Positions 19,510 through 28,844 of a stretch of 64,000 bases of DNA are shown here, piece after piece. Each line of letters opens with the position of its first letter. The first letter of the stretch is position 1. The stretch is from Dehalococcoidia bacterium (lineage in GTDB: Bacteria > Chloroflexota > Dehalococcoidia > UBA2979). A model generated the notes under the pieces. The model made no database searches and was not told where the DNA came from. It saw nothing but the letters and a program-made list of their open reading frames with translations. Position numbers and translations under genes: made by a program. The stretch spans positions 1,728,001 through 1,792,000 of the forward strand of contig OZ253555.1 of NCBI GenBank assembly GCA_965262725.1, written 5' to 3'.

Positions 19510-20618
19510 TCGCTGCGCCCGGCGAGCCCCGCCCGGATCTGCTCCAGGGTGACGATCCCTCCGAAGCGGCCGCCGTCGTCAATGACGCCGACCGAGGTCC
19601 GGGAGTTCATGATCACTTCCATCGCCTCGCGCAGCGTGCTCTCGGGCCGCACCTGCGCCGCCGGGAGCTCGTGTGGCAGCACGTCGAGCGGGGCCCCCCT
19701 ATCGACGTGTTCGCGGTGGACCCAGCCGAGGAAGCTGCCGTGCGACGTCAGCCCGAGCCACTCCGAGCGTGCATCGTCGAGCAGCGCTCGGGCCTCGGCG
19801 GGCGCGCTCCGGACATCCAGCACGGGGCCCTGTTCGAACGTCAGCTCGCCGACGCGCTTCAGGGCGAGACGCTTCATCTCGCGGTCTTCGCCGAGGAACT
19901 CCTCGACGAAGGCACTCGCCGGCGAGTGCAGGAGTTCGTCTGGCGGGGCGTATTGCTCCAGCGTCCCGCCGATGTTGAGCAGGGCTACGTGGTCGGCGAC
20001 CTTGACCGCCTCATCGATGTCGTGCGTGACGAGCACGATCGTCTTGCGGAGCCGCTCCTGGAGTGTGAGCAGCTCCTCCTGGAGCCGCGCGCGCACGATC
20101 GGATCCACGGCGCCGAACGGCTCGTCCATCAGCAGCACGGGGGGATCGGCGGCGAGCGCCCGCGCGACGCCGACTCGCTGCTGCTGGCCCCCGGAGAGCT
20201 CGTCCGGGTAGCGCCCGAGCTGCTCCGGCTCCAGCCTCACGAGGTCGGCGAGCTCCGCGACGCGCTCGTCTACGCGCGCGCGCTCCCAGCGCAGCATGCG
20301 CGGCACGATCGCGATGTTCTGGGAAACGGTCTGATGCGGGAACAGCCCGACCTCCTGGATCACGTAGCCGATGCCGCGGCGCAGCTCCGCCACAGGTCGC
20401 GCGCTCGCGTCCTCGCCGTCGATCTCGATCCGTCCGGAGGTCGGTTCGATCAGCCGGTTGATCATCCGGAGCGTCGTGGTCTTCCCGCAGCCGGACGGAC
20501 CGATCAGCGCCACGATCGATCCGCGTGGGATGTCAAGGCTGAGCTCGGTGACGGCGGGCTCGCCCGCGCCGTCGAAGCGCTTGGTGAGCTCAAGCAGCCG
20601 TATGGCATTCTCCGTCAT
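19506..20618 (-). CDS. Osmoprotectant ABC ATPase with C-terminal CBS-like domains (OpuA/OpuC-type)
   Basis: GPSGCGKTT, LSGGQQQR, LMDEPF, VTHD. Confidence 0.93.
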   Translation of the reverse strand: MTENAIRLLELTKRFDGAGEPAVTELSLDIPRGSIVALIGPSGCGKTTTLRMINRLIEPTSGRIEIDGEDASARPVAELRRGIGYVIQEVGLFPHQTVSQNIAIVPRMLRWERARVDERVAELADLVRLEPEQLGRYPDELSGGQQQRVGVARALAADPPVLLMDEPFGAVDPIVRARLQEELLTLQERLRKTIVLVTHDIDEAVKVADHVALLNIGGTLEQYAPPDELLHSPASAFVEEFLGEDREMKRLALKRVGELTFEQGPVLDVRSAPAEARALLDDARSEWLGLTSHGSFLGWVHREHVDRGAPLDVLPHELPAAQVRPESTLREAMEVIMNSRTSVGVIDDGGRFGGIVTLEQIRAGLAGRSE

Positions 20619-20799
20619 GGCGCGAGGATACAGTCCGACCTGATCGCGCGCGGCCGAGTCTCGTTTCCGATCGGAGCGGGAGGACCGGCCTGCCGGGTCG
20701 GTCCGAGCGGTGCGGTACGCTCTGGGCGGATGGCCTGGTGCGCCGGGCGGCGCCGACGGCGCCCGGCCGTCTGGCGCGCTCGCGGAGGGGGGACTGCCC

Positions 20800-21183
20800 G
20801 TGAGTGAGGGCGACGGCATCGACATCCGTGCGCCGTACGACCCGGACAACATCTTCGCGCGCATTCTCCGTCGAGAGATCCCCAGCGATCGTGTGCACGA
20901 GGACGATGACTTCGTCGCCTTTCGGGATATCGCGCCGCAGGCGCCGACCCACATCGTCGTGATCCCGCGCGGAGAACCGCCGACGTCGCCCGCCGGGATC
21001 GACCCCTCGCACGACCAGCTCGCCGGTCGCATGCTGCGGGTGGCCGCGGCGATCGCGAGGTCCCAGGGCCTGGAGGAGGGCGGCTACCGACTCGTGCTGA
21101 ACTGCGGGCGCAATGCGGGCCAGACGGTGCCGCATCTGCATCTGCATATCCTCGGTGGCGCGTTGCTCGGACCGCTCGCGTAG
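20800..21183 (+). CDS. HIT-family nucleotide-binding protein (HinT-like)
   Basis: NIFARIL, AFRDIAPQAPTH, GQTVPHLHLH. Confidence 0.92.
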   Translation: MSEGDGIDIRAPYDPDNIFARILRREIPSDRVHEDDDFVAFRDIAPQAPTHIVVIPRGEPPTSPAGIDPSHDQLAGRMLRVAAAIARSQGLEEGGYRLVLNCGRNAGQTVPHLHLHILGGALLGPLA

Positions 21184-21399
21184 CCGGAGTGGACGGCTGC
21201 CAGGCTGGTCATCTGGGCGCCGGTGACTGCCATCCCCGCCGGCCGTGCGGCCACCGCACCCGGGCTGCTAGGATCCCCGACGTACGCTAGGTCGAGCGTT
21301 GGCTGGTGCGCTGTCACACACGGGTGGCCAGCAGCGGTGCCAGCGGCGAAGTGGTGCGGGAGGCTCGAGGTCGTCCGCCTCGTGGGCTCCCAGAGCGCC

Positions 21400-21476
21400 G
21401 GGCCCGTAGCTCAGCGGCCTAGAGCAGTCGGCTCATAACCGATCGGTCCCAGGTTCGAATCCTGGCGGGCCCACCA
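21400..21476 (+). tRNA. tRNA with CAT anticodon, probably tRNA-Ile2 (lysidine-modified); elongator Met not excluded
   Basis: Acceptor stem GGGCCCG/CGGGCCC, anticodon loop CTCATAA, T-loop GGTTCGAATCC, encoded CCA. Paired G1:C72 rules out initiator; C4/C5 fit Ile2. Confidence 0.93.
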
Positions 21477-21525
21477 TTTCCAGCCTAGAAGTCCGTGTCC
21501 ATTTGTGGATGGGAAGGGATTTTCT

Positions 21526-21927
21526 GTGGAACCGCGCATCAGCATTATCACCCTGGGCGTTACCGACCTGCCCCGGTCGGTGGAGTTCTACCGGGACGGA
21601 CTCGGGCTACCGCTTCTGGACGACAACACCGAGTCGATCGCCTTCTTCCAGAACCGGGGCACCTGGTTGGCTCTGTACCCTCGGGCGTCTCTGGCCGCCG
21701 ACGCTGGTGTCGCCACGGAGGGCAGCGGCTTTTCCGGCGTCACCCTTGCCCACAATCTCAACACGCGGGAGGAGGTGGACGCCCTGCTGGACGTAGCCGT
21801 GGCCGCCGGCGCCACCTTGGTCAAGCCGGCCCAGGACACCTTCTGGGGCGGTTACTCGGGCTACTTTGCCGACCCCGAGGGCTACCTGTGGGAAATCGCC
21901 TGGAATCCCCACTTTACGATTGAGTGA
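21526..21927 (+). CDS. VOC/glyoxalase family protein
   Basis: EPRISIITLGV, FWGGYSGYFADPEGYLWEIAWNP. Confidence 0.92.
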   Translation: MEPRISIITLGVTDLPRSVEFYRDGLGLPLLDDNTESIAFFQNRGTWLALYPRASLAADAGVATEGSGFSGVTLAHNLNTREEVDALLDVAVAAGATLVKPAQDTFWGGYSGYFADPEGYLWEIAWNPHFTIE

Positions 21928-22161
21928 CTGGCCCGTGTTCTGGCCGTGGCGCACATGGCCACGCGCGCGCCCCTTCGCCTCGGCTACGCCGTGCTGTCGG
22001 TGCGCGGAGACCGGTGACGCTGCCGGCACCCGGACACCACCGGCCTTCGATGTGGCGGCCCCTCCGCCCGGGCCCGCGCGCGACCCGACGCCGCGGCTCT
22101 CCCCCGGCTACGCTCTTTCCGCTGGGACGGAGCTCTGGCTCACCGGGCTCTCAGGGAGCGG

Positions 22162-23199
22162 TTACCACTGGCTGGATCGCTCCGAGTATTTGTGGTCCGG
22201 AACCTTGTAACTGATTCCGGCATCATCGTACGCCGAGATCGCAAGCAACTGGCTAAAGCTATCCGACTCTAATCGTCGATTTATCTTTGCCAACATACGC
22301 TGCCATCGTTGCAGCATCTTGAACTGGAAAAGAACTGCATGTGCCCTGGACTTCGGGAAGCGTAGCTGGTCCGCCATTTCATCGCCGATGAGCGCTCGCG
22401 ACAAGGGGAATATCTGCTTCTCCGCCATGGCGCTCCGTTGGGCCGGTTCCGTTACGCCCGCAACCAGGGGGGCGGAATTGATCAGCGCATTCGCCATGAT
22501 TATCGATTCGTCCGATACCGGTGGCTCGCACATGGAGGCGATCTTGTACAGGTGGAGAGCCTCTGCTTCGTCCGTGGACAGGATGGATTCCGGTATGCCC
22601 ATGAGCCAAGCGGTGTACCGCCAGATGGCCATGATGCTGTCGCGTTCCTCCTGTGTGAAGCGAACGCCCAGCGACTCGGCGTGCCTGATTGTCCGCGCCG
22701 AGAAGCAGGAGGCAGCGTAGCCCGTGTGAGCCGCACTGATAGGAAGGCCCCACGCCTCCGTGTCCCAGTCGTCGGCGGCACCTATCAGATTCCTCAGTTG
22801 AGCGTGAATGAACCGGATCCGGACGGAGAGTTTCCATCCGTCACCTCGCCGGTCCAGTCCCCCGGGGAAGAATACCTCCAGGAAGTGGCGGTTGTTCTGC
22901 TGGAGCCGCCTGATGCCGCGATCAAAGATTCGACCCGTCAGCACGAATGACTTCGCGATGTACGTGGTGAACCCGTCGACGAGCACCCCGGTCACGAATC
23001 CCGCAAGGATCATCCCGCTGTCCCTGTGGAAGGCGCGGATGCCTGGGATGAACGCCTCGCGATCGAGCCATGGCGGGTCCGCACGCGACGAGAGGAAGAA
23101 GTCACGCAACGCTTCCGGCGCCGAGCGCAGCGTGTCCTCGTCTTCGTCCATACCGGCTTGGAGGAACCGAGCAACCTGATCTCCGGGGACGGAGGACAT
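22162..23199 (-). pseudogene. DUF2236 / MpaB-Lcp-like oxygenase family protein, probably 5'-truncated
   Basis: PPWLD, VRIRFIHAQLR, WGLPIS, WRYTAWLMGIPE. In-frame stop 5 codons upstream; no promoter space. Confidence 0.65.
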
Positions 23200-24808
23200 G
23201 AGCGACGACTCCTACCTGACGTGGATGGTCTTCGCCTCGCTCGTCGTCGTGGGTGTCTCCACGATCCTGCAGGTGCGCCGGCTCGGTTTCGTCGGCGCCG
23301 GCGCGGTCCTGCCGATGTTCACGGCCGCCTTCTCGATCCCCTTCTGCATCACCGCGGTCGAGGACGGAGGGCCGGCGACGCTGGGGGCCTTGGTCATCGT
23401 CTCGGCGGTCGTGCAGCTCGTCGTCTCCCGGCGGCTCTTCATTCTGCGGAGAGTCGTCACGCCGATCGTGGGCGGCACGGTGATCATGATCCTCTCGATC
23501 ACGCTCGCCTCGGTCGTCTTCGATCTGCTGGACGAGGCCACCCTGGCCGACCCGGAGGAAGCGTCGCTCACCGCCCTGGCAACAATGGTCGTCGCCGCCG
23601 CGCTCATGCTCCGGGGCTCGGCGGTTCTGCGCTTCTGGGGACCGCTGGCCGGTATCGTGGTCGGCTGTGCGCTCGCCGGAGCGCTCGGGATCTTCGACAC
23701 CGGGAGGCTCGCGGAGTCAGCCTGGATCGGGCTTCCGGGCGATCGTCCGGCTCTGGGACTCGACCTGGGGATCTCGTTCTGGACGCTGCTTCCGGCCTTC
23801 TTCTTCCTGGGCCTGATCATCGCCATCCAGGCGAACGGGGCGGCCATCGCGATGCAGCGCGTGGCATGGCGCGAGGACCGGGCCGTCGACTTTCGCCAGG
23901 TCCAGGGAGCGGTGTCGGGCGCGGGCGTGAGCAATCTGCTCGCCGGTCTCGCGGGGACGGTGCCCAACGCCATCAACCCCGGCATCGTCTCGTTCACGCA
24001 GATGACGGGAGTCGCGTCCCGCCGGCTCGGCTACTGCATCGGCACCATCCTCGTCGCCGTGGCGTTCTTCCCGAAGGTATCCGCGCTGCTCAGCAGCATT
24101 CCAGGGCCCGTCATGGGGGGCTATCTCATCATGGTGACCGGGGCCCTGTTCGTTGACGGCGCGCAGACGGTCATCCAGAACGAGCAGAACAGGGAGAAGA
24201 TCGCCGTCGCCGGGGTCTGCTTCTGGATCGGCGCGTCGTTCCAGTTCGAGCTCTTTGCCCTGCCGGATATCGGGCCGGTGTGGGGAGCTCTCCTCACGAG
24301 CGGCATCACGACCGGAGGGCTCGCCGCGATCGCGATGGTCCTGTACCTCGAGCTCACCAACCCGCGGCGGATGAGGTTCACGTCGAGGCTCCACATCGAT
24401 GCCCTGCCCGAGCTCAATGAGTTCATCACCAGGTTCGTCAGGCGCCGGGGCTGGGATACGGCGATGGAGGAGCGATTGCGCGCGGTTGCCGAGGAGACGC
24501 TCCTGGTCCTCGCCCCACTGGACCTGGGAGGCGGGGAGGAAGCGGAGATCCACGACGAGCGGCGACTGGTCGTGCTCGCAGCCAGCGAGGGCTCGGTCGC
24601 CGACCTCGAGTTCATCGGCGGAGGAGACGGGTCCAATCTCGAGGACCAGATCCGCCAGCTCCAGCAGCACGACACGGAGGCGCCGGCCGAGCAGGAGCTA
24701 TCGCTCGTGTTGCTGCGGAACTACGCGTCCTCGGTGAAGCATCAGCAGTACCACGATACGGACATCATCACCGTCCGCGTCGTCCCCCCCGGGGGAGGCG
24801 TAGGCTAG
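23198..24808 (+). CDS. NCS2 (xanthine/uracil) permease-like protein with a C-terminal soluble domain, probably 5'-truncated
   Basis: Multi-TM pattern, [28 protein letters not shown]. In-frame TGA 7 codons upstream. Confidence 0.75.
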   Translation: MSDDSYLTWMVFASLVVVGVSTILQVRRLGFVGAGAVLPMFTAAFSIPFCITAVEDGGPATLGALVIVSAVVQLVVSRRLFILRRVVTPIVGGTVIMILSITLASVVFDLLDEATLADPEEASLTALATMVVAAALMLRGSAVLRFWGPLAGIVVGCALAGALGIFDTGRLAESAWIGLPGDRPALGLDLGISFWTLLPAFFFLGLIIAIQANGAAIAMQRVAWREDRAVDFRQVQGAVSGAGVSNLLAGLAGTVPNAINPGIVSFTQMTGVASRRLGYCIGTILVAVAFFPKVSALLSSIPGPVMGGYLIMVTGALFVDGAQTVIQNEQNREKIAVAGVCFWIGASFQFELFALPDIGPVWGALLTSGITTGGLAAIAMVLYLELTNPRRMRFTSRLHIDALPELNEFITRFVRRRGWDTAMEERLRAVAEETLLVLAPLDLGGGEEAEIHDERRLVVLAASEGSVADLEFIGGGDGSNLEDQIRQLQQHDTEAPAEQELSLVLLRNYASSVKHQQYHDTDIITVRVVPPGGGVG

Positions 24809-24851
24809 GGGCCGGGCCCAGAGGGCTTCGCGCCACCGGGAGGTAGCGGGG

Positions 24852-25160
24852 TTGTCCGTCATTGACGAGGTTCTCGAGAACGACGCGCCCGACGCGGTGA
24901 GCTTCGAGAACGGTGACCTGCCCGGCGCTCCGGGGCTCGGGCTCGCTGTCGTGGCCTGCCTGGATGCGCGCCTCGACAGCCACAGGCTGCTCGGGATCGA
25001 AGAAGGAGACGCGCACGTCATCCGGAACGCGGGCGGCGTGATCACCGACGATGTGTCCGGCAATCCATCGCCCGCATACAGGTCAGCCCCTTCCTCCCTG
25101 GCAGGCATGACGTGCGCGGCTTCGTCGACGGATGCGCGACGGGGCTGCTGAGGGAGTTCC
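24852..25160 (+). pseudogene. Beta-carbonic anhydrase pseudogene (internal deletion and frameshift)
   Basis: [10 protein letters not shown] and [13 protein letters not shown] are followed directly, in another frame, by [15 protein letters not shown]...VRGFV...TGLLRE. The HxxC zinc ligands are missing. Confidence 0.8.
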
Positions 25161-25213
25161 CGGTCGTCTCATCCGGGGCGGCGGGGCCGGGCGCGGGAGA
25201 CCGGGAGGCGCGG

Positions 25214-25840
25214 GTGAGCGAACGCGGGCGTCTGCGGGCCTCCCTCGCCTCCTATCGGCCGCGCCTCTCCGGGTGGGAGGTGCCCGGCGCCGGGCGCGGC
25301 GCGACCGTGCTCGGAGACGGCCGCTTTCGTCCGGCGGCGGTGCTGCTCTTGCTCGACGCGCGGGCGGGCGAGGAGCGCGTGATCTTCCAGCAGCGCACCG
25401 CCGAGGTTGAGGATCACAAGGGGCAGGTCAGCCTGCCCGGCGGGCGGCGCGACGAGGAGGACGACTCGCTGCTTCGGACGGCGCTGCGTGAGACGCACGA
25501 GGAGATCGGCGTGCCGCCCGACGCCGTCGACGTGCTCGGCCGGCTCGACGACATCACGACCGGCACCGGCTACGCCGTCTCCCCCTTCGTCGGCGCTCTC
25601 GACACGCGCTGGCCCGGCCCCTTCCGTCCGCAGCCGGCCGAGGTCGAGCGGCTGATCGAGGTGCCGCTCGCATACCTCAGGGATCCCCGCTCGCGCGTGC
25701 GCGCCTCGGTCCTCGTCCGCGCCCGACCTCGCTCGGAGGAGGCATTCCTCTTCGACGGCACGCTGATCTGGGGAGCGACAGGTCGGATCCTCCACAACTT
25801 CTTGGCTGTGATCGCCGCGGAAGGCGGTCGTGGGCCGTGA
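25214..25840 (+). CDS. Nudix hydrolase, CoA pyrophosphatase (NudL-like)
   Basis: AAVL, HKGQVSLPGG, ALRETHEEIG, IWGATG. Confidence 0.9.
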   Translation: MSERGRLRASLASYRPRLSGWEVPGAGRGATVLGDGRFRPAAVLLLLDARAGEERVIFQQRTAEVEDHKGQVSLPGGRRDEEDDSLLRTALRETHEEIGVPPDAVDVLGRLDDITTGTGYAVSPFVGALDTRWPGPFRPQPAEVERLIEVPLAYLRDPRSRVRASVLVRARPRSEEAFLFDGTLIWGATGRILHNFLAVIAAEGGRGP

Positions 25841-26469
25841 CCCTCCTCCTCGTCAGGCACGCCCAGTCCGCCGGCAACGCCGCCGGCACCATCCAGGGCT
25901 GGCGCGACGAGCCGCTGACTGCCCTCGGCCGCGATCAGGCTTCGACGCTCGCGGAGCGTCTGAGCGTCCGCGAGCCCAGGATCACCGCGCTGTACAGCAG
26001 CACGCTCACGCGCGCACGTGAGACCGCCGCGCCTCTCGCCGCGGCGCTCGGCGTGCCCGTCGTCCTGCACCCGGACCTCAGGGAGTACGGCTATGGATCC
26101 GCCGAAGGGCTCAGGTGGGCCGAGGTCGAGGAGCGCTTCGGCGTCACCCTCGGGCAGTGGGGGAGGGGCACGCTCCCCGGCGAAGAGGGCGCGGGGGCCT
26201 TCACGGGTCGCGTCCTCCGCTGCTTCGCGGAGCTCACGGAGAGGCACGGGCACGAGGTCGCGGCTGCCGTGACGCATGGAGGCGTGATCGCAGCCGTCCT
26301 CGCGCACGTGCTGGGCATTCCGAGCGGCGCCTGGCCGCAGATCCATCTCCCGAACGGCTCCCTCACCGAGGTGGCCTCGGAGCGCGACGGGCACGCGCTT
26401 GTCTCACTCAACGACGATGGCGATCTTGCCGGGCTCCCCGGGGCGACGGGCGGTCCCGCCTCCGCCTAG
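25837..26469 (+). CDS. Histidine phosphatase (phosphoglycerate mutase family)
   Basis: LVRHAQS, YSSTLTRARETA, LRE..G..EG, VTHGGVI. Confidence 0.9.
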   Translation: MTLLLVRHAQSAGNAAGTIQGWRDEPLTALGRDQASTLAERLSVREPRITALYSSTLTRARETAAPLAAALGVPVVLHPDLREYGYGSAEGLRWAEVEERFGVTLGQWGRGTLPGEEGAGAFTGRVLRCFAELTERHGHEVAAAVTHGGVIAAVLAHVLGIPSGAWPQIHLPNGSLTEVASERDGHALVSLNDDGDLAGLPGATGGPASA

Positions 26470-28844
26470 AGCGTGATGAGGTGGGCGACCGTGACTCCCT
26501 CCCCGCCCTCGGCGGGCTCGGCGACTTCCTGCGATGCGACGAGCGGGTGACCGGCGAGCAGATCGCGCACCGCCCGGCGGAGCGTCCCCGTCCCCTTCCC
26601 GTGGATCACGAGTACGCGGCTGCGGCCGGCGCGGACGGCACGGTCGAGATACTCCTCGACGGTGGGAAGCGCGTCGTCGAGCGTGCGGCCGCGCACCTCT
26701 ATCGACTCGCCGGGATCGGTGACGGGCCCCGTGCGGAGCCGTACGGGCTCGGCCTCTGGCCCGCCGGGCGCCTCCGCGCGAACGACCTGCGCGAGCCGCA
26801 CGCGCGTCCTGAGCGCGCCCAGTGTCAGCTCGAACTCACCGCGCGCGTCCGGCGCGCTCAATGCCTCGCCGGGCACGCTGATCCCCGTGAGCCAGACGCG
26901 TGCGCCCGGCACGACGGGCGCGCGCGGCCGTCGCTCCGCCGCGGGCGGCGGACGCTCGGGCGGGGAGCGCCTGACGGCGCGGGCGGCCTCGCGCGCGCGC
27001 GCCATGTCGGCGTCCGCCTGCTCGAGGCGCGCCGCCTCGACCTGCCGCCTCGTCCGCGCGAGCAGGCGCTCAGTGTCGCGCAACTCGTCGTCGAGGCGGC
27101 GTTGCGCCTCCGCGCGCCGCCGCTCGCTCTCCGCCTCGAGATCCTCGTAGCGCGCCGCCAGCTCGGTACGCAGGCGCTCCGCCTCGGCGCGGTCGTGCTC
27201 CGCCTGCCCCGCGCGCGACTCGGCACGGTCGAGTTGCACCCGGAGGTCGGTGAGCACGCTCGCCAGATCCCGCTCGTCGCCGGACACCACGCCGCGCGCG
27301 GCCGCCACGACGTCGGCCGGCATCCCCAGGCGCTCGCTGATGGCCAGCGCGTTCGACTCGCCGGGGATGCCCATCCGCAGCCGGTAGGTCGGCGAGAGCG
27401 TCTCGATGTCGAACTCGGCAGAGGCGTTGAGCAGGAGGGGATGCTCATGCGCGTGCACCTTCAGCTCCCCGTGGTGCGTGGTGGCGATGAGCGTGACCCC
27501 GGCTGCGACCAGGCGCTCCACGATCGCCACAGCGAGCACGGCCCCCTCCGCCGGATCGGTCCCGGCGCCGAGCTCGTCGAGCAGCGCGAGCGAACGCGGA
27601 CCGGCGCGCTCGATCACGTTGATGATCGCCGTCACGTGCGAGGAGAACGTCGAGAGGGACTGCTCGATCGATTGCTCATCGCCGATGTCGGCGAATACCG
27701 CGTCGTAGACGGGGACGGTGGAGCCCTTCTCGGCAGGGATCGGCAGGCCGCAGAGCGCCATCAGCGTGATCAGGCCGGCGCTCTTGAGTGCGACCGTCTT
27801 TCCGCCGGTGTTTGGCCCCGTGATCAGCAGTCCCCGCCCTTCGCCGCCGACGGCGAGTGAGACCGGCACAACGTCGCGGCCCTCCCACACGAGCACGGGG
27901 TGCCGCGCGTCGAGGAGGCGGAGCTCTCCCGGCGCCGTGAGCAGCCACGGCTGCTCGGCTCCGGGACCGGCCGGAAGGCCTGCTCCGAGTTCGCGCCCGA
28001 GCGCCGCCGCGGCGACGGCGCAGTCGATCGTCGCGAGCCGCTCGACGCTCTCGGTGAGATCGGCCGAGGACTCGCCGACCACGGCGGAGAGCTCGCGCAG
28101 GACGCGCTCCACCTCGCGCCGTTCCTGCACCTGGAGCTCGCGCCAGCGATTGCCGAGTTCGACGACGGCGAAGGGTTCGACATAAACCGTGCGGCCCGAC
28201 GACGAGGTGTCGTGCACGACGCCAGGGAGCGCCGACCGCGCCTCGGAGCGGACGGGAACGACATAGCGGCCCTCGCGCTGCGTGACGATCGCATCGGAGA
28301 GCGCGGGCCGGAGCGTCGGTGAGGAGGCGATCGACTGCATGCGCGCGAGCAGCGCGTCGTGCGTCACCGCCAGCTCCGCCCGGATCTGGGAGAGCTCGGC
28401 GCTCGCGCCGTCGAGCAACTCCCCGCGCGTATTGATCGCCCCGTCGATCAACCGTCTGAGGGCGTCGAGATCGGGGAGCGCGGCTCCCTCGGCGGCGAGC
28501 AGCGGCGCGCCGTCCCGGGCCCGCCCCAGCGCGCGTCGCACATCTGCGGCGCAGCGCACGGTGTTGGCCACCTCGCGGAGGGCGAGCGGAGCGAGCGCGC
28601 GGCCGCGCGCGGCGGCGTCGGCCGACGCCCGCACGTCGCGGACGCCCTCAAGCGCGAGTGACACGGAGACGCCGTGGAGCCAGGCCGCCTCGGCCGCGAC
28701 GCGCTGCCGACGCACCACGACGGGGCGCTCCGCGACGGGGCGCATCGCCCGCGCGCGTTCGCGGCCGGCGGAGGAGGCGGTGAGCCGCGCGAGACGGTCG
28801 AGGACCGCCGGCAGCTCGAGGATGCGGCACGTCTTATCGTCCAG
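26466..28844 (-). CDS. mutS2: Endonuclease MutS2
   Basis: ITGPNTGGKT, DIGDEQSIEQSLSTFS, DELGAGTDP, Smr domain IHGKGTG. The N-terminus xDDKTCRILEL implies a CTG start at 28844. Confidence 0.93.
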   Translation of the reverse strand: MDDKTCRILELPAVLDRLARLTASSAGRERARAMRPVAERPVVVRRQRVAAEAAWLHGVSVSLALEGVRDVRASADAAARGRALAPLALREVANTVRCAADVRRALGRARDGAPLLAAEGAALPDLDALRRLIDGAINTRGELLDGASAELSQIRAELAVTHDALLARMQSIASSPTLRPALSDAIVTQREGRYVVPVRSEARSALPGVVHDTSSSGRTVYVEPFAVVELGNRWRELQVQERREVERVLRELSAVVGESSADLTESVERLATIDCAVAAAALGRELGAGLPAGPGAEQPWLLTAPGELRLLDARHPVLVWEGRDVVPVSLAVGGEGRGLLITGPNTGGKTVALKSAGLITLMALCGLPIPAEKGSTVPVYDAVFADIGDEQSIEQSLSTFSSHVTAIINVIERAGPRSLALLDELGAGTDPAEGAVLAVAIVERLVAAGVTLIATTHHGELKVHAHEHPLLLNASAEFDIETLSPTYRLRMGIPGESNALAISERLGMPADVVAAARGVVSGDERDLASVLTDLRVQLDRAESRAGQAEHDRAEAERLRTELAARYEDLEAESERRRAEAQRRLDDELRDTERLLARTRRQVEAARLEQADADMARAREAARAVRRSPPERPPPAAERRPRAPVVPGARVWLTGISVPGEALSAPDARGEFELTLGALRTRVRLAQVVRAEAPGGPEAEPVRLRTGPVTDPGESIEVRGRTLDDALPTVEEYLDRAVRAGRSRVLVIHGKGTGTLRRAVRDLLAGHPLVASQEVAEPAEGGEGVTVAHLITL

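Noticed and set aside
21184-21399. Structured ncRNA upstream of the tRNA
   Set aside because: Only imperfect GC-rich hairpins; no recognisable family motif.
21455-25200. attL/attR pair defining an intact integrative element
   Set aside because: No duplicate of the tRNA 3' end and no integrase found.
25112-25213. Genuine N-terminal extension of the Nudix protein
   Set aside because: It is the carbonic anhydrase remnant tail; GTG 25214 has its own GGAGG RBS.
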